The translations under genes and the position numbers were made by a program. The notes under the pieces are model-generated. The model searched no databases and was not told the origin of the DNA. It saw only the letters and a program-made list of their open reading frames with translations. DNA of 63,933 nucleotides, counting the filler. It is 7 parts of 7 records of this genome, joined end to end, with 100 filler letters (N's around TTAATTAATTAA, not from the genome) between each part and the next. Parts side by side here need not be neighbours in the genome. Positions count along the whole stretch, not along the records: positions 1 to 17,751 come from SRR31156797_12699; 6 more parts are not named here. One strand, written 5' to 3'. Below, one piece after another: positions 7,833-17,851 of the stretch (position 1 is its first letter; every line of letters begins with the position of its first letter).

Positions 7833-9908
7833 TCATTGTTTATCACTTGGTACAAAAGATATGGCGCAACCTCCACCGGCGGCTAGCTGTATTGAAATAT
7901 CAGATCTGTGATATACCTCAACGGTATCAATATCGTAGTCATATGGATCGTCATCCCAGTGCGCATTCTTTCCGTCCGAGTAGATTATGGCTTTATATTT
8001 CTTACCCTTTTCCAGGAAATCACAATTGATATCTATTTTTCGGGGCTCTTCATTCGTTATACTTCCAAGGAACCATGTCTCAGAATTGCGTTCTTTTCGG
8101 ACGATGGTTACAAATTCACCAACTTCGCCGTTGAGTACCCGGGTTTCATCCCAATCAACCGCAACATCACGAATAAATTGAAAAGCAGGATGCCCGTCGT
8201 AATTCTCGATAAGATCCGGTACCATTTGAATGGGACTGTATAATACAACGTAAAGCGCCAATTGGTGTGCAAGTGTTGTATTGATCTGATTATCAGGCTT
8301 ATGTGGTTTTAATTTGATATCAAAAACACCCGGAGTGAAGTCAATAGGGCCGGCTAGCATACGAGTAAATGCAACAGTAGGTAAATGGTTGGGAGGATTT
8401 CCGCCATCCGATGACCATGCATTGAATTCTTGTCCGCGCAAACCTTCACGAGAGATCGCATTCGGATATGTTCTTCTGATACCTGTTGCCTTGATGGGCT
8501 CATGAGCATTGATGGCAATATTGTATTCGGCTGCCGTTTCAATGACTTTTCGATAATGTTTAACCATCCATTGTCCGTGATGATAGATGCCTTTGGGTAT
8601 AATTTTGCCCACATACCCTGTTTTTACGGCTGATATGCCCAGATCATTCATTAAGGCATATGCAGTGTCCATTTGTGCCTCATAAGTCCTTGGAGCGGCT
8701 GAAGTTTCATGATGCATGATGATCTCTACACCCTTGCTTTTTCCGTAGGCAACGACTTCTTCAAGGTCGTAATCAGGGTAGGGCGTTACGAAATCAAAAA
8801 CACCTTCACGGTTGAAATCACCAAACCAATGCTCCCAACCTGTATTCCATCCTTCAACCAATAAGGCTCCAATACCGTTCTCAGCGCAAAAATCGATATA
8901 TTCCTTGGCATATTCAGTCGTAGCACCATGACGACCGCTGGCTTTATCCCAGGATTTGGTCCCGATGTGCATGTCCCACCAAATGCCCATGTATTTTGTA
9001 GGCTCAAACCAGGATACGTCTATTTTTGCAGCTTCATTCAAATTAAGGATCAATTTTGATTCTATCAAATCACCGGCCCGGTCGGCCAGTTGAATGGTTC
9101 TCCATGGTGTTTTGAAGGGAGTACTGATATAAGCTTTGATATCATCAGCATCACCAACCAATTCACTGGTCATTTTTAAGTTTGTCGTATCTATCATGAG
9201 CGTCATACCGGGATAATCAGTTAAATTTGCTTCATGAAAGCTTAAGTACTTTCCACAATCCGTTTTCATGGTGACCGGTGTATTGACTGCATTATATGGG
9301 ATATAAGATTGCGCCAAAGATGCATGACTTCTGAATTTCAATGCATCGATATCGCTTAAAAGCGAATGATTATAAAGATGCTCATAAATATCCCAATCTC
9401 CCGGGATCCACCAGACTTCATGGTTTTGTTTTAAATTGAATTCCGTTTTTTCATCCAATACAACCAGATCTTTAAGCCCTTCTTGCTCGGGTAGATTATA
9501 TCTAAAGCCCAAACCATCGTTATAGACCTTGAATTCGACTATTAATTCTCTATTCGGAGATCCGATCTCTTCAAAAGTTATGCTCATGCCATTAAAATCA
9601 TCTTTTACAATACGCTGTTCACCCCAGGGCATTTCCCAATCTTCGTCACGTTGTAATGTATATTCTCTTGATTTGACCTTGAACTTTCCAAATGCTTTGG
9701 TGTCTGTTGAAAATTCAATGCCCAGCTCAGAAGTATCGATCATAGTTTGACCATGATATTTTACAAGATAATAGGGGACTCCCTTTTCCGTTACATCTAC
9801 TCTCACAACAACTTGGTGATCCGGTGAGCTGATCCTTTTAAATGAAACCAAAGAACAGGAAACCAGAAATAATGATGATAATAATAAAATTGAAATGAAC
9901 TTTTTCAT
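7833..9908 (-). CDS. Glycoside hydrolase family 97 (SusB-like alpha-glucosidase), lipoprotein
   Basis: KYMGIWW.MH, LVEGWN.GW, MHHETS, VKTGYV, HEP, EG.RGQE, GPIDFTPG motifs; lipobox LVS-C. Confidence 0.93.
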   Translation of the reverse strand: MKKFISILLLSSLFLVSCSLVSFKRISSPDHQVVVRVDVTEKGVPYYLVKYHGQTMIDTSELGIEFSTDTKAFGKFKVKSREYTLQRDEDWEMPWGEQRIVKDDFNGMSITFEEIGSPNRELIVEFKVYNDGLGFRYNLPEQEGLKDLVVLDEKTEFNLKQNHEVWWIPGDWDIYEHLYNHSLLSDIDALKFRSHASLAQSYIPYNAVNTPVTMKTDCGKYLSFHEANLTDYPGMTLMIDTTNLKMTSELVGDADDIKAYISTPFKTPWRTIQLADRAGDLIESKLILNLNEAAKIDVSWFEPTKYMGIWWDMHIGTKSWDKASGRHGATTEYAKEYIDFCAENGIGALLVEGWNTGWEHWFGDFNREGVFDFVTPYPDYDLEEVVAYGKSKGVEIIMHHETSAAPRTYEAQMDTAYALMNDLGISAVKTGYVGKIIPKGIYHHGQWMVKHYRKVIETAAEYNIAINAHEPIKATGIRRTYPNAISREGLRGQEFNAWSSDGGNPPNHLPTVAFTRMLAGPIDFTPGVFDIKLKPHKPDNQINTTLAHQLALYVVLYSPIQMVPDLIENYDGHPAFQFIRDVAVDWDETRVLNGEVGEFVTIVRKERNSETWFLGSITNEEPRKIDINCDFLEKGKKYKAIIYSDGKNAHWDDDPYDYDIDTVEVYHRSDISIQLAAGGGCAISFVPSDKQ

Positions 9909-9933
9909 GACAAACCCTCTATAGCGTTAATAT

Positions 9934-11538
9934 CTACTTTAAATACAGTAGTTTATGATTTATACGTTGATTGTTTGAAACAATATCCAACAAATAAATA
10001 CCTGAAGAAAGATTAATGGGCGCCCAAGAGATGGAATAAGAACCCGTAGCATAGTGTTTATTGCTGATACCGGCAATCTTTTCTCCTTGAAGAGAATAGA
10101 TGTTCATTGTTACATCTGTCTCTTTATTGATATCAAAAGATATGTTAGTAGATGGATTAAAGGGATTGGGGTATACAGAATTTAAGATAAAACTCTCATT
10201 TTCGGCAATATCGATTTCGGTATACATGATCTCAATATTCTCTGAAATATTGATCTCTCCGGAGTATGATATGTCTTTTAATCTGTAATAGTATTTCTTA
10301 CCGGGAATAATATCTTTATCTAAATATGAATAATACATTTTTTCTGAGCTTGTACCTGCACCCGCCGTCTGGTGTATTTGGCCCCATTTGCCATTATCAC
10401 TTTTTCTTTCAAGAATAAATGATGCATTTTCAGTTTGACTGGCCGTTTCCCAGTAGATCAAGATGCCGTCATTTTCTTGTTCTGATCCAAAATTCGATAA
10501 TTTAATATCAGTTGAAGCATCTGTCATTGTTGCTGCGACTTGAACATCGGTCCAGGGTTCCTGATCGATCTCTTGCCCATCATAATGTCCTTTTACTCGA
10601 TAATAGTAGGTTCCCGGATCAATACTATCCAAAATGAAGTAGTTCGTACTAATATCGTAGACAGGAAATCCATCCAAGGAACTCGAGAAACTCTCATCTT
10701 CTGATAAATCAATGCAATATGAATTGAATTCATGAGAAGACGTCCAGGGAAGTACTATTCTATCAAAAGAGACATCCGTTGGTTGTTCTACAGCAAGATG
10801 TGCATATGATAATTGCCAGGAACTATCCGTTAGATTTTCCAGACTGCCGTGATTTTTACTATCGCTCAGGTCTATTAGAATAGAATCAGCCACTTGATCA
10901 AAAGTATAATAGCCTATAAGACCTTGTGACTCGGGATCAAGAGGCCTATCCATATTATAGAGGATCTCTTCATTCGTTCTTACATCCGTCCAGAACCTAA
11001 CATCATCCAATTGTCCCTTAAAAGCCCTTAAAAACGGGAAATCGTAATATGCGCCCAGCATTAGGCCATACGGCCTGAACGTTTCAGGGTATTGAAGATA
11101 AATGTCACAATCTTCTTTTTTTACAATATGTCCATTCAAAAATGCAACAATATTTTCATCGTTCTTGAATTTATCATAGGTAACTGCAAAATGATACCAT
11201 ATATCAGTTTTAAGGCTATCGATGATCATTTCGAAAGTCCGGGTGAAATTACCCAATCTGACAGCAATACGCGAGCTGTCCATTACATAGATACCATAAC
11301 CGAATACATAGTCTTCATGCAGGTTATATGTGCTGAAATCAATCAAAGCCGTACTGTCCTCGAACTCATTGATATTAAACCAGCATTCAAGTGTAAAACG
11401 TGTGGTGAATCTTAATGGATCATCTTCAATATGCACATAATCATCGTAATCGGTAAAAGTCAGGCAATTAGGAGATTCGCTTGCAAAGAGCGCAAGTGAT
11501 AGACATGCCATAACGAAGATATATTTTATAATTTTCAT
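9934..11538 (-). CDS. Secreted LamG/concanavalin-like domain protein with T9SS/FlgD-Ig-like C-terminal domain
   Basis: FTLECW, WYHFAVTYD, F.G.LDDVRFW, GL.GYY.F; W.TASQ.EN..F.LER linker domain; YPNPFNPST CTD. Confidence 0.85.
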   Translation of the reverse strand: MKIIKYIFVMACLSLALFASESPNCLTFTDYDDYVHIEDDPLRFTTRFTLECWFNINEFEDSTALIDFSTYNLHEDYVFGYGIYVMDSSRIAVRLGNFTRTFEMIIDSLKTDIWYHFAVTYDKFKNDENIVAFLNGHIVKKEDCDIYLQYPETFRPYGLMLGAYYDFPFLRAFKGQLDDVRFWTDVRTNEEILYNMDRPLDPESQGLIGYYTFDQVADSILIDLSDSKNHGSLENLTDSSWQLSYAHLAVEQPTDVSFDRIVLPWTSSHEFNSYCIDLSEDESFSSSLDGFPVYDISTNYFILDSIDPGTYYYRVKGHYDGQEIDQEPWTDVQVAATMTDASTDIKLSNFGSEQENDGILIYWETASQTENASFILERKSDNGKWGQIHQTAGAGTSSEKMYYSYLDKDIIPGKKYYYRLKDISYSGEINISENIEIMYTEIDIAENESFILNSVYPNPFNPSTNISFDINKETDVTMNIYSLQGEKIAGISNKHYATGSYSISWAPINLSSGIYLLDIVSNNQRINHKLLYLK

Positions 11539-11726
11539 AAAACCTATGTTACTAATGTTAAATATAAATTGTATTTCAGTATTGACAAAGAACTATCACA
11601 ATAATTGACGATTGAAAAAGAACAATTGACAATTCACACGGATATCATTTTTTCACTCTTTGTACTTTGCCCTTTGCCTTGTATTTGGTTATTGGAGTTT
11701 GGCACTTCTCTGTTTATATTTTCGCT

Positions 11727-13526
11727 ATGAGTACGAATATTCGAAATTTTAGCATTATAGCACATATCGACCATGGTAAATCAACCTTGGCTGACAGATT
11801 ATTGGAAACGACCGGTACCTTGAATAAATTCCAGATGAAAGCACAGGTTCTGGATGATATGGACCTTGAACGTGAACGCGGTATTACCATTAAATCGCAT
11901 CCCATTCGTTTACAATACAAAGCCAAAGACGGTCAAAACTATACTTTAAATCTTATTGATACTCCGGGACATGTGGATTTTTCTTACGAAGTTTCCAGAT
12001 CTCTGGCTGCCTGCGAGGGGGCATTGCTTCTGGTAGATGCTTCTCAGGGAATCGAAGCTCAGACGGTTTCCAATACTTTCCTGGCTTTAGAAAATAATCT
12101 TGAGATCATTCCGGTGATCAATAAAGTTGATCTTCCCGGTGCAATGGTAGATGCCGCAAAGGATCAAATTATCGACCTTATTGGATGCGACGAAAGTGAT
12201 ATTATTTTAACCTCGGCAAAAACCGGAGTTGGGATCGATGAATTGCTTGAGGCAATAATTGAACGAATTCCCGCACCTGAAGTTAATACTGATCTTCCTG
12301 CCAGAGGCTTGATCTTCGACAGTGTTTTTGACACATACCGCGGTGCCATACCGTACGTAAGGGTTGTTGACGGCGAGATCAAACCGGGTCAAAAACTATT
12401 ATCATTTGCTACTAAAAGTATATACGAGATCACAGAAGTAGGTCACTTTCACCTGAAAAGAATAAAGAGTTCATCTTTAAAATCGGGTGATGTGGGTTAT
12501 GTTGTTGCTCAGATCAAGAATATTAAAGACCTGCGAGTCGGTGATACCATCACGACGGTTCAGAATCCCGCTGAAAAGCCGCTTGCCGGTTACAAAGAGA
12601 TGAAACCCATGGTCTTTTCGGGTATTTATCCTGCTCAAAATGAAGATTATGACGAATTGCGCCAATCTCTTGAGAAATTACAGCTTAACGATGCATCTTT
12701 ACACTTTGAACCCGAAACTTCAGATGCTTTGGGTTTTGGATTTCGTTGCGGATTTTTAGGTATGCTTCATTTAGAGATCATTCAAGAACGGCTCGAACGT
12801 GAATTTGATCAGGATATTGTTTCTACCGTGCCCAATGTAGAGTATCATGCCTTTCTGCGAAATGGCCAAGAAATAAAAGTAGATACTCCGGCTAAAATGC
12901 CTCAGGCGGATATTGATCGCATAGAAGAGCCGTATGTTAAAGCCGAGATCGTTACACCGGCTGAATATATCGGCGCTTTAATGAAATTGACCCAGGAAAA
13001 GCGTGCGATCTATAAAAATACGCACTATATGGATAAAACTAAAGTCCAGTTGATGTATGAGATCCCGCTCTCTGAAACGGTTTTTGACTTTTACGATAAA
13101 CTCAAGACAGTGAGTAGGGGATATGCCTCTTTTGATTATGAATATATCGGTTACCGACCGGGTGATCTTGTAAAAATGGACATTCTTATTAATAATGAGT
13201 CAGTTGACGCTCTTGCCGTTATTACAAATCGACAGGAAGCACAATATATGGGACGGGAACTGGTCGTTAAATTGCGTAGTCTTATACCACGACATCAGTT
13301 TGAAGTCCCCATTCAAGCGGCCATCGGCTCAAAGATCCTCGCCAGAGAGAATGTTGCCGCTCTTCGTAAGAATGTTACGGCAAAATGTTATGGTGGAGAC
13401 ATCAGCAGAAAGCGTAAACTCCTTGAAAATCAGAAAAAAGGGAAAAAACGCATGAAACAGGTTGGTGCGGTGCATGTTCCCCAAGAAGCGTTTTTAGCCG
13501 TGCTTCAAATAGAGAAAAAACGCTAA
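11727..13526 (+). CDS. lepA: Elongation factor 4 (LepA)
   Basis: [51 protein letters not shown]; start moved to ATG 11727. Confidence 0.97.
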   Translation: MSTNIRNFSIIAHIDHGKSTLADRLLETTGTLNKFQMKAQVLDDMDLERERGITIKSHPIRLQYKAKDGQNYTLNLIDTPGHVDFSYEVSRSLAACEGALLLVDASQGIEAQTVSNTFLALENNLEIIPVINKVDLPGAMVDAAKDQIIDLIGCDESDIILTSAKTGVGIDELLEAIIERIPAPEVNTDLPARGLIFDSVFDTYRGAIPYVRVVDGEIKPGQKLLSFATKSIYEITEVGHFHLKRIKSSSLKSGDVGYVVAQIKNIKDLRVGDTITTVQNPAEKPLAGYKEMKPMVFSGIYPAQNEDYDELRQSLEKLQLNDASLHFEPETSDALGFGFRCGFLGMLHLEIIQERLEREFDQDIVSTVPNVEYHAFLRNGQEIKVDTPAKMPQADIDRIEEPYVKAEIVTPAEYIGALMKLTQEKRAIYKNTHYMDKTKVQLMYEIPLSETVFDFYDKLKTVSRGYASFDYEYIGYRPGDLVKMDILINNESVDALAVITNRQEAQYMGRELVVKLRSLIPRHQFEVPIQAAIGSKILARENVAALRKNVTAKCYGGDISRKRKLLENQKKGKKRMKQVGAVHVPQEAFLAVLQIEKKR

Positions 13527-14497
13527 TGATCAAACGTATATTACTCATTACCGGTCTTATATTAGCGCTACCTCTCTTTTCCGAACCAGAATACCACATA
13601 TATAAAGGTGAGATATACCATTCAATTAACATGGAGATGAGATTCAATCGACATGATGATAATGTTTTTGGACTCATCGATCTTTCGCGTTTTGGAAGGC
13701 CATTTTCTTTTGAAGGATCTTTTCAAAATGATACGCTATCTGTTCAAACACCATTGGAGATGTTTTTCGTATTGGAGGAAGATCATCTTAAAGCACATAT
13801 CATAGGGAATAAACGAACCTTTCAATTTAATCTTTATCACAAAAAACATTCGCTGAAAGCATTTTCTTTTGAAAAAGAGTATTTTTTGGATGACAAGAAT
13901 CGTCATAGTCCTTCAATGACATATATTTTTAATGGAATTTCATTGAAAGATAGTCGAATATGCAATGTTGACTTACGAATCTTCACAAATCCTGAAAGCT
14001 ATTTTACTCAACAATTTGTGTTTTATCGGGATGATTACCGTAAAATGGAAACACTATATGCAATAGACTCTACATCCACTTCTTTAAATTATTCATATGA
14101 GGACCGCGTCGAGGTCTTATTTGAAAATGAAAAAATAATCTCATTACGCCATAAACATATCTCTTTCACAGGCGGAGCGCATCCAAACAGCGAATCTAAG
14201 CATTGGATTATCGATAAAATGACCGGTAAGATCATAAAATATAATGATCTTTTTATCCATGATGATCCTAAGTTGATAAGAAGATTATCCAGAAAGAGCT
14301 TAACTCGTAGATTCAACTCCAAAAAGCTTGAAGATATTTTGTTTACTGTAGATTATGAGGTTTCAAAAGATGTTTATCTCACAGGAAAAGGTGTGGTATT
14401 CCAGTATGATCCTTATGAGATAGCTCCCTATGTTTACGGACCCATAGAGGTTTTTGTGCCGTATAAGAAACTAAAGGGAATAATTCGAGATCATTGA
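13526..14497 (+). CDS. DUF3298/DUF4163 (RsiV/PdaC-like) exported protein
   Basis: Signal peptide; FTGGAHPN and F.Y.PYEIAPY..G motifs; TAATG coupling to lepA. Confidence 0.8.
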   Translation: MIKRILLITGLILALPLFSEPEYHIYKGEIYHSINMEMRFNRHDDNVFGLIDLSRFGRPFSFEGSFQNDTLSVQTPLEMFFVLEEDHLKAHIIGNKRTFQFNLYHKKHSLKAFSFEKEYFLDDKNRHSPSMTYIFNGISLKDSRICNVDLRIFTNPESYFTQQFVFYRDDYRKMETLYAIDSTSTSLNYSYEDRVEVLFENEKIISLRHKHISFTGGAHPNSESKHWIIDKMTGKIIKYNDLFIHDDPKLIRRLSRKSLTRRFNSKKLEDILFTVDYEVSKDVYLTGKGVVFQYDPYEIAPYVYGPIEVFVPYKKLKGIIRDH

Positions 14498-15186
14498 TCA
14501 GTGGGATTGTCTTTGCGTTCCTCGTATCTCTTTTTACTATCCAATCTGAAGATCGTCAATCGTTTTGTAAACAAAACCCAGGCATATAAAGAAAATATCA
14601 CGATAAATACGATCGTTCCAATAGATGATAGGGTAGCGGTGAAATTAAAACCGGCATGTAGTAGAATTGAAGCCAGTAATCCCGCACCCAAGGTTACTCT
14701 GTGCCTTAATTTGAATTTTACTGTGCCAGCAGCATAACCCCACAAAGCTGAAAAGAGGAAATGACCCGGTATTGAGAGTAACGCCCGCATGGAAGCAACC
14801 CGGAACACTTGATCGTACTCTAAAGCCGAAAAAACATAAAACACGTTCTCTATCGTAGCAAATCCCAATGCGATAGAACAGGCATAGATAATTCCATCCA
14901 GGGGTTCATCAAAATCTTTGGAGTGGTAGAAAAATATCATAAATACCATAAATTTCAAGAATTCTTCAATCGCGGGAGCAACCACTACAGCCATGAAATG
15001 CTGATCACCGACATCAAACAGGCTCTCGAAGAGAACGGCCGGGAAAACGCATAACACACCCAGTATAAAAGCTTTAATGATCTGCTTTGTAGGCTCCGGC
15101 TCGTATCTGTCGGTCCGATAGATAAAAATAACCCAGATCAGTCCCGGTAAAACCGATAACAACAATATTTGAATAAATGTACTCAA
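14491..15186 (-). CDS. prsW: PrsW-family glutamic intramembrane protease
   Basis: D..EPEP, IEE..K, DGIIY....ALGFA.IEN, R.....P.H, LH...N motifs; TTG start. Confidence 0.88.
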   Translation of the reverse strand: MSTFIQILLLSVLPGLIWVIFIYRTDRYEPEPTKQIIKAFILGVLCVFPAVLFESLFDVGDQHFMAVVVAPAIEEFLKFMVFMIFFYHSKDFDEPLDGIIYACSIALGFATIENVFYVFSALEYDQVFRVASMRALLSIPGHFLFSALWGYAAGTVKFKLRHRVTLGAGLLASILLHAGFNFTATLSSIGTIVFIVIFSLYAWVLFTKRLTIFRLDSKKRYEERKDNPTDQ

Positions 15187-15296
15187 TGTTTTTCCTTATC
15201 TTGGTCTATTATAAGGATTTATTTTTTCAAATGGTAATTTTCTATGTAGATTTCTATTGTTCAAACATGATTGGATAATTGTAAAACGATATTATG

Positions 15297-15325
15297 GTAG
15301 AGACGCAGCAAAGCTGCGTCTCTAC
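15297..15325. repeat. GTAG-type REP-like palindrome
   Basis: GTAGAGACGCAGC-AAA-GCTGCGTCTCTAC, perfect 13-bp stem. Confidence 0.75.
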
Positions 15326-15347
15326 CATCAACATTAAGAGATTCTCT

Positions 15348-16037
15348 ATGACCAAACTCGAAATAACACTCATCAACTACATAGAACAAGCCAACAAGAA
15401 ATGGAATATGTTCAAAACAGGGGAGAAGCTTGTCATCGGAATTTCCGGAGGTAAGGATTCCTTAGCCTGTTTAAAATTATTGTCGCATTTTGATCTTGAA
15501 CTGCTTGCAATTAATGTCGATTTCTTCGGAAAGCACGAACCCAAACTTGAATTGTACTGTTCTAACTATACTGAATATAAGCATGTTAGATCATCCTCTT
15601 TAGAAGACTTAAGCGTTAAAAAAGGCATATGTTATAGCTGTTCCAGGCAAAGAAAGCGTATTTTATTGGAGCAAGCAGAAGCATTTGGCGCATCTAAAGT
15701 TGTTTTAGGACACCATAAGAACGATGTGGTGGAAACTTTGTTGCTAAATCAGATATATTCGCGTGAAATAAGCTCAATGAGCCCTAAACAAGCCTTATTC
15801 AAAGGGCAATATCATGTTATAAGGCCTATGTTTATGATACCTGAACCCATGTTAGTGACTTATATTAAGGAACAAAACATACCAGCTTTTGATCTGAGAT
15901 GCGACCATGAACAGGATTCTAAACGAAAATTCATTAAAGATCTTTTAAAACGGATCCAGGATAATTCTACCGGCATTGACGTCATTGACAACATCTTTTC
16001 ATCCATGTTTCATATCAATGAAGATTTTCTACCATAA
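15348..16037 (+). CDS. ttcA: tRNA 2-thiocytidine biosynthesis protein TtcA-like (PP-loop)
   Basis: SGGKDS, CYSC, GHH..D..ET, IRP; start moved to ATG 15348 past the REP. Confidence 0.78.
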   Translation: MTKLEITLINYIEQANKKWNMFKTGEKLVIGISGGKDSLACLKLLSHFDLELLAINVDFFGKHEPKLELYCSNYTEYKHVRSSSLEDLSVKKGICYSCSRQRKRILLEQAEAFGASKVVLGHHKNDVVETLLLNQIYSREISSMSPKQALFKGQYHVIRPMFMIPEPMLVTYIKEQNIPAFDLRCDHEQDSKRKFIKDLLKRIQDNSTGIDVIDNIFSSMFHINEDFLP

Positions 16038-16226
16038 AAGCCTATCTAATGTATGTCTAAAATTATCTCCGCTTAAAAACGATTTACATTATTTGCTCAA
16101 TTTGTATTTAAAAGTCATAGAATACAATCATGATCTTGTAGAGTTAAGCCCTTAGAAGCAATATTATCATTTAAAGCATAGTTTACTATCAACTGATTAT
16201 CATCCTCTTATGAAATACGAACCGTT

Positions 16227-16243
16227 TTATCCACAAATCCACA
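16227..16243 (+). promoter_or_regulatory. Tandem DnaA boxes (left pair)
   Basis: Perfect TTATCCACA overlapped by AAATCCACA. Confidence 0.7.
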
Positions 16244-16271
16244 TATACCCATAATATATATTATGTAAACC
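16244..16271 (+). other. dif-like Xer recombination site (28 bp)
   Basis: TATACCCATAA-TATATA-TTATGTAAACC; 11-6-11 layout, XerD-type arm TTATGTAAAC; intergenic between convergent genes. Confidence 0.75.
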
Positions 16272-16288
16272 CGTGGATAAGTGGAAAA
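16272..16288 (-). promoter_or_regulatory. Tandem DnaA-box-like pair (right, inverted)
   Basis: Minus strand TTTTCCACT overlapped by TTATCCACG. Confidence 0.6.
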
Positions 16289-16423
16289 CTCAGATAGTAT
16301 TATAGATGGTATGATTTATGTGATTTGGTCTGTGATATTTTCATTGATCACAAAAGATCGTGTCTTAGAATGGAGATTTGTAAATCTTGAGCGAAACCCC
16401 TACCCTGATAATAATTCATATAT

Positions 16424-16452
16424 AAAAAAATGGGGCAAAGATTTTTTGCCCC
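16424..16452 (-). terminator. leuS intrinsic terminator
   Basis: GGGGCAAA...TTTGCCCC stem with A7 tract on plus strand. Confidence 0.7.
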
Positions 16453-16476
16453 TACATTAAAATATTTATGATGAGT

Positions 16477-17751
16477 TTACTTTACAACAAGTGTAATGAT
16501 CCGTTTAGGTACGATGATCGTTTTAACGATAGTTTTACCTTCGGTATATTGAGGTAGCCGCTCATGAGCCATTAAAGCTTCTTTAACGCTGTCTTGATCT
16601 GCATCAGCGGAGATCTCAAGCTTAAAACGGATCTTACCGTTGATCTGCACAGGGTACTCGATCATGTCTTCTACGACCATCTTAGGATCAAATTCTGGCC
16701 AGGTTTCATATGTTAAAATACTGTTTTGACCTAATTTTGCCCATAATTCCTCAGCAATATGCGGTGCAAATGTTGTTAAAAGCTTTACAAAACCAATCAT
16801 CATGTCTCGATCAAGGGTCTTTTCTTTATAACATTCGTTAATAAATACCATCATTTGAGAGATCGCAGTATTAAAACGTGCACGTTCAATGTGATCGCCA
16901 ACGACCTGAACGGTCTTATGATAAGCTTTCTTGAATGTATCCCCTGCTCCGCTTGCTTTGATGTTTTCATTAAGGCTACCATCTTCATTGACATATATAC
17001 GCCAAATGCGGTTTAAAAAGCGATGTACGCCGCCTAGTCCTTCGGTATTCCAGGGTTTAGCACGTTCAATGGGACCCATGAACATTTCATACATTCTAAG
17101 TGAATCGGCCCCATATTCGGCGATAACATCATCAGGATTGACGACATTTCCACGTGATTTACTCATTTTTTCACCATCAGTACCCAGAATAAGACCCTGA
17201 TTCATAAGCTTTTTGAATGGTTCGTCATGAGTTACAACGCCAATATCAAATAATACTTTGTGCCAGAAACGTGCATATAAAAGATGCAGCACGGCATGCT
17301 CTGCGCCACCAATATAGAAATCAACCTGTCCCCAGTACTTCTCAGCTTCAGGATCTACAAGCGCATCTTTATATTTCGGACTCATATATCGCAGGTAATA
17401 CCAGTTTGAACCGGCCCACTGCGGCATAGTGTGTGTTTCGCGAAAGAACTTTTTGCCATTCTCATCGGTAAATTCAACCCAATCGCGAGCGTTAGCTAAA
17501 GGACTCTGCCCTGCTCCACCCGGTTCGAATTTCTCCATTTCAGGCAGGATCAAGGGAAGTTTACTTTCATCCATGGGATAAATATTACCATCTTCATCTT
17601 TGTATAGGGGAACTGGCTCACCCCAGTAACGCTGACGGGAGAATAGCCAGTCGCGAAGTTTGTAATTTACAGTCGCATGGCCGCATTTCTTATCTTCCAA
17701 CCATTTGTTCATGGTAGAAATAGCATCTTCTTTATTCATTCCGTCAATAAA
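16477..17751 (-). CDS. leuS: Leucyl-tRNA synthetase, 5'-truncated at contig edge
   Basis: LRDWLFSRQRYWGEP, GGAEHAVLHLLYARF, KMSKS; frame open to contig end. Confidence 0.97.
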   Translation of the reverse strand, partial: FIDGMNKEDAISTMNKWLEDKKCGHATVNYKLRDWLFSRQRYWGEPVPLYKDEDGNIYPMDESKLPLILPEMEKFEPGGAGQSPLANARDWVEFTDENGKKFFRETHTMPQWAGSNWYYLRYMSPKYKDALVDPEAEKYWGQVDFYIGGAEHAVLHLLYARFWHKVLFDIGVVTHDEPFKKLMNQGLILGTDGEKMSKSRGNVVNPDDVIAEYGADSLRMYEMFMGPIERAKPWNTEGLGGVHRFLNRIWRIYVNEDGSLNENIKASGAGDTFKKAYHKTVQVVGDHIERARFNTAISQMMVFINECYKEKTLDRDMMIGFVKLLTTFAPHIAEELWAKLGQNSILTYETWPEFDPKMVVEDMIEYPVQINGKIRFKLEISADADQDSVKEALMAHERLPQYTEGKTIVKTIIVPKRIITLVVK

Positions 17752-17851
17752 NNNNNNNNNNNNNNNNNNNNNNNNNNNNNNNNNNNNNNNNNNNNTTAAT
17801 TAATTAANNNNNNNNNNNNNNNNNNNNNNNNNNNNNNNNNNNNNNNNNNNN
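17752..17851. other. Artificial contig spacer
   Basis: 44 N + TTAATTAATTAA + 44 N. Confidence 0.99.

Noticed and set aside
15348-16037. TtcA lacks the second full CxxC
   Set aside because: CYSC plus one distal Cys still supplies three ligands, as used by TtcA; not evidence of a new function
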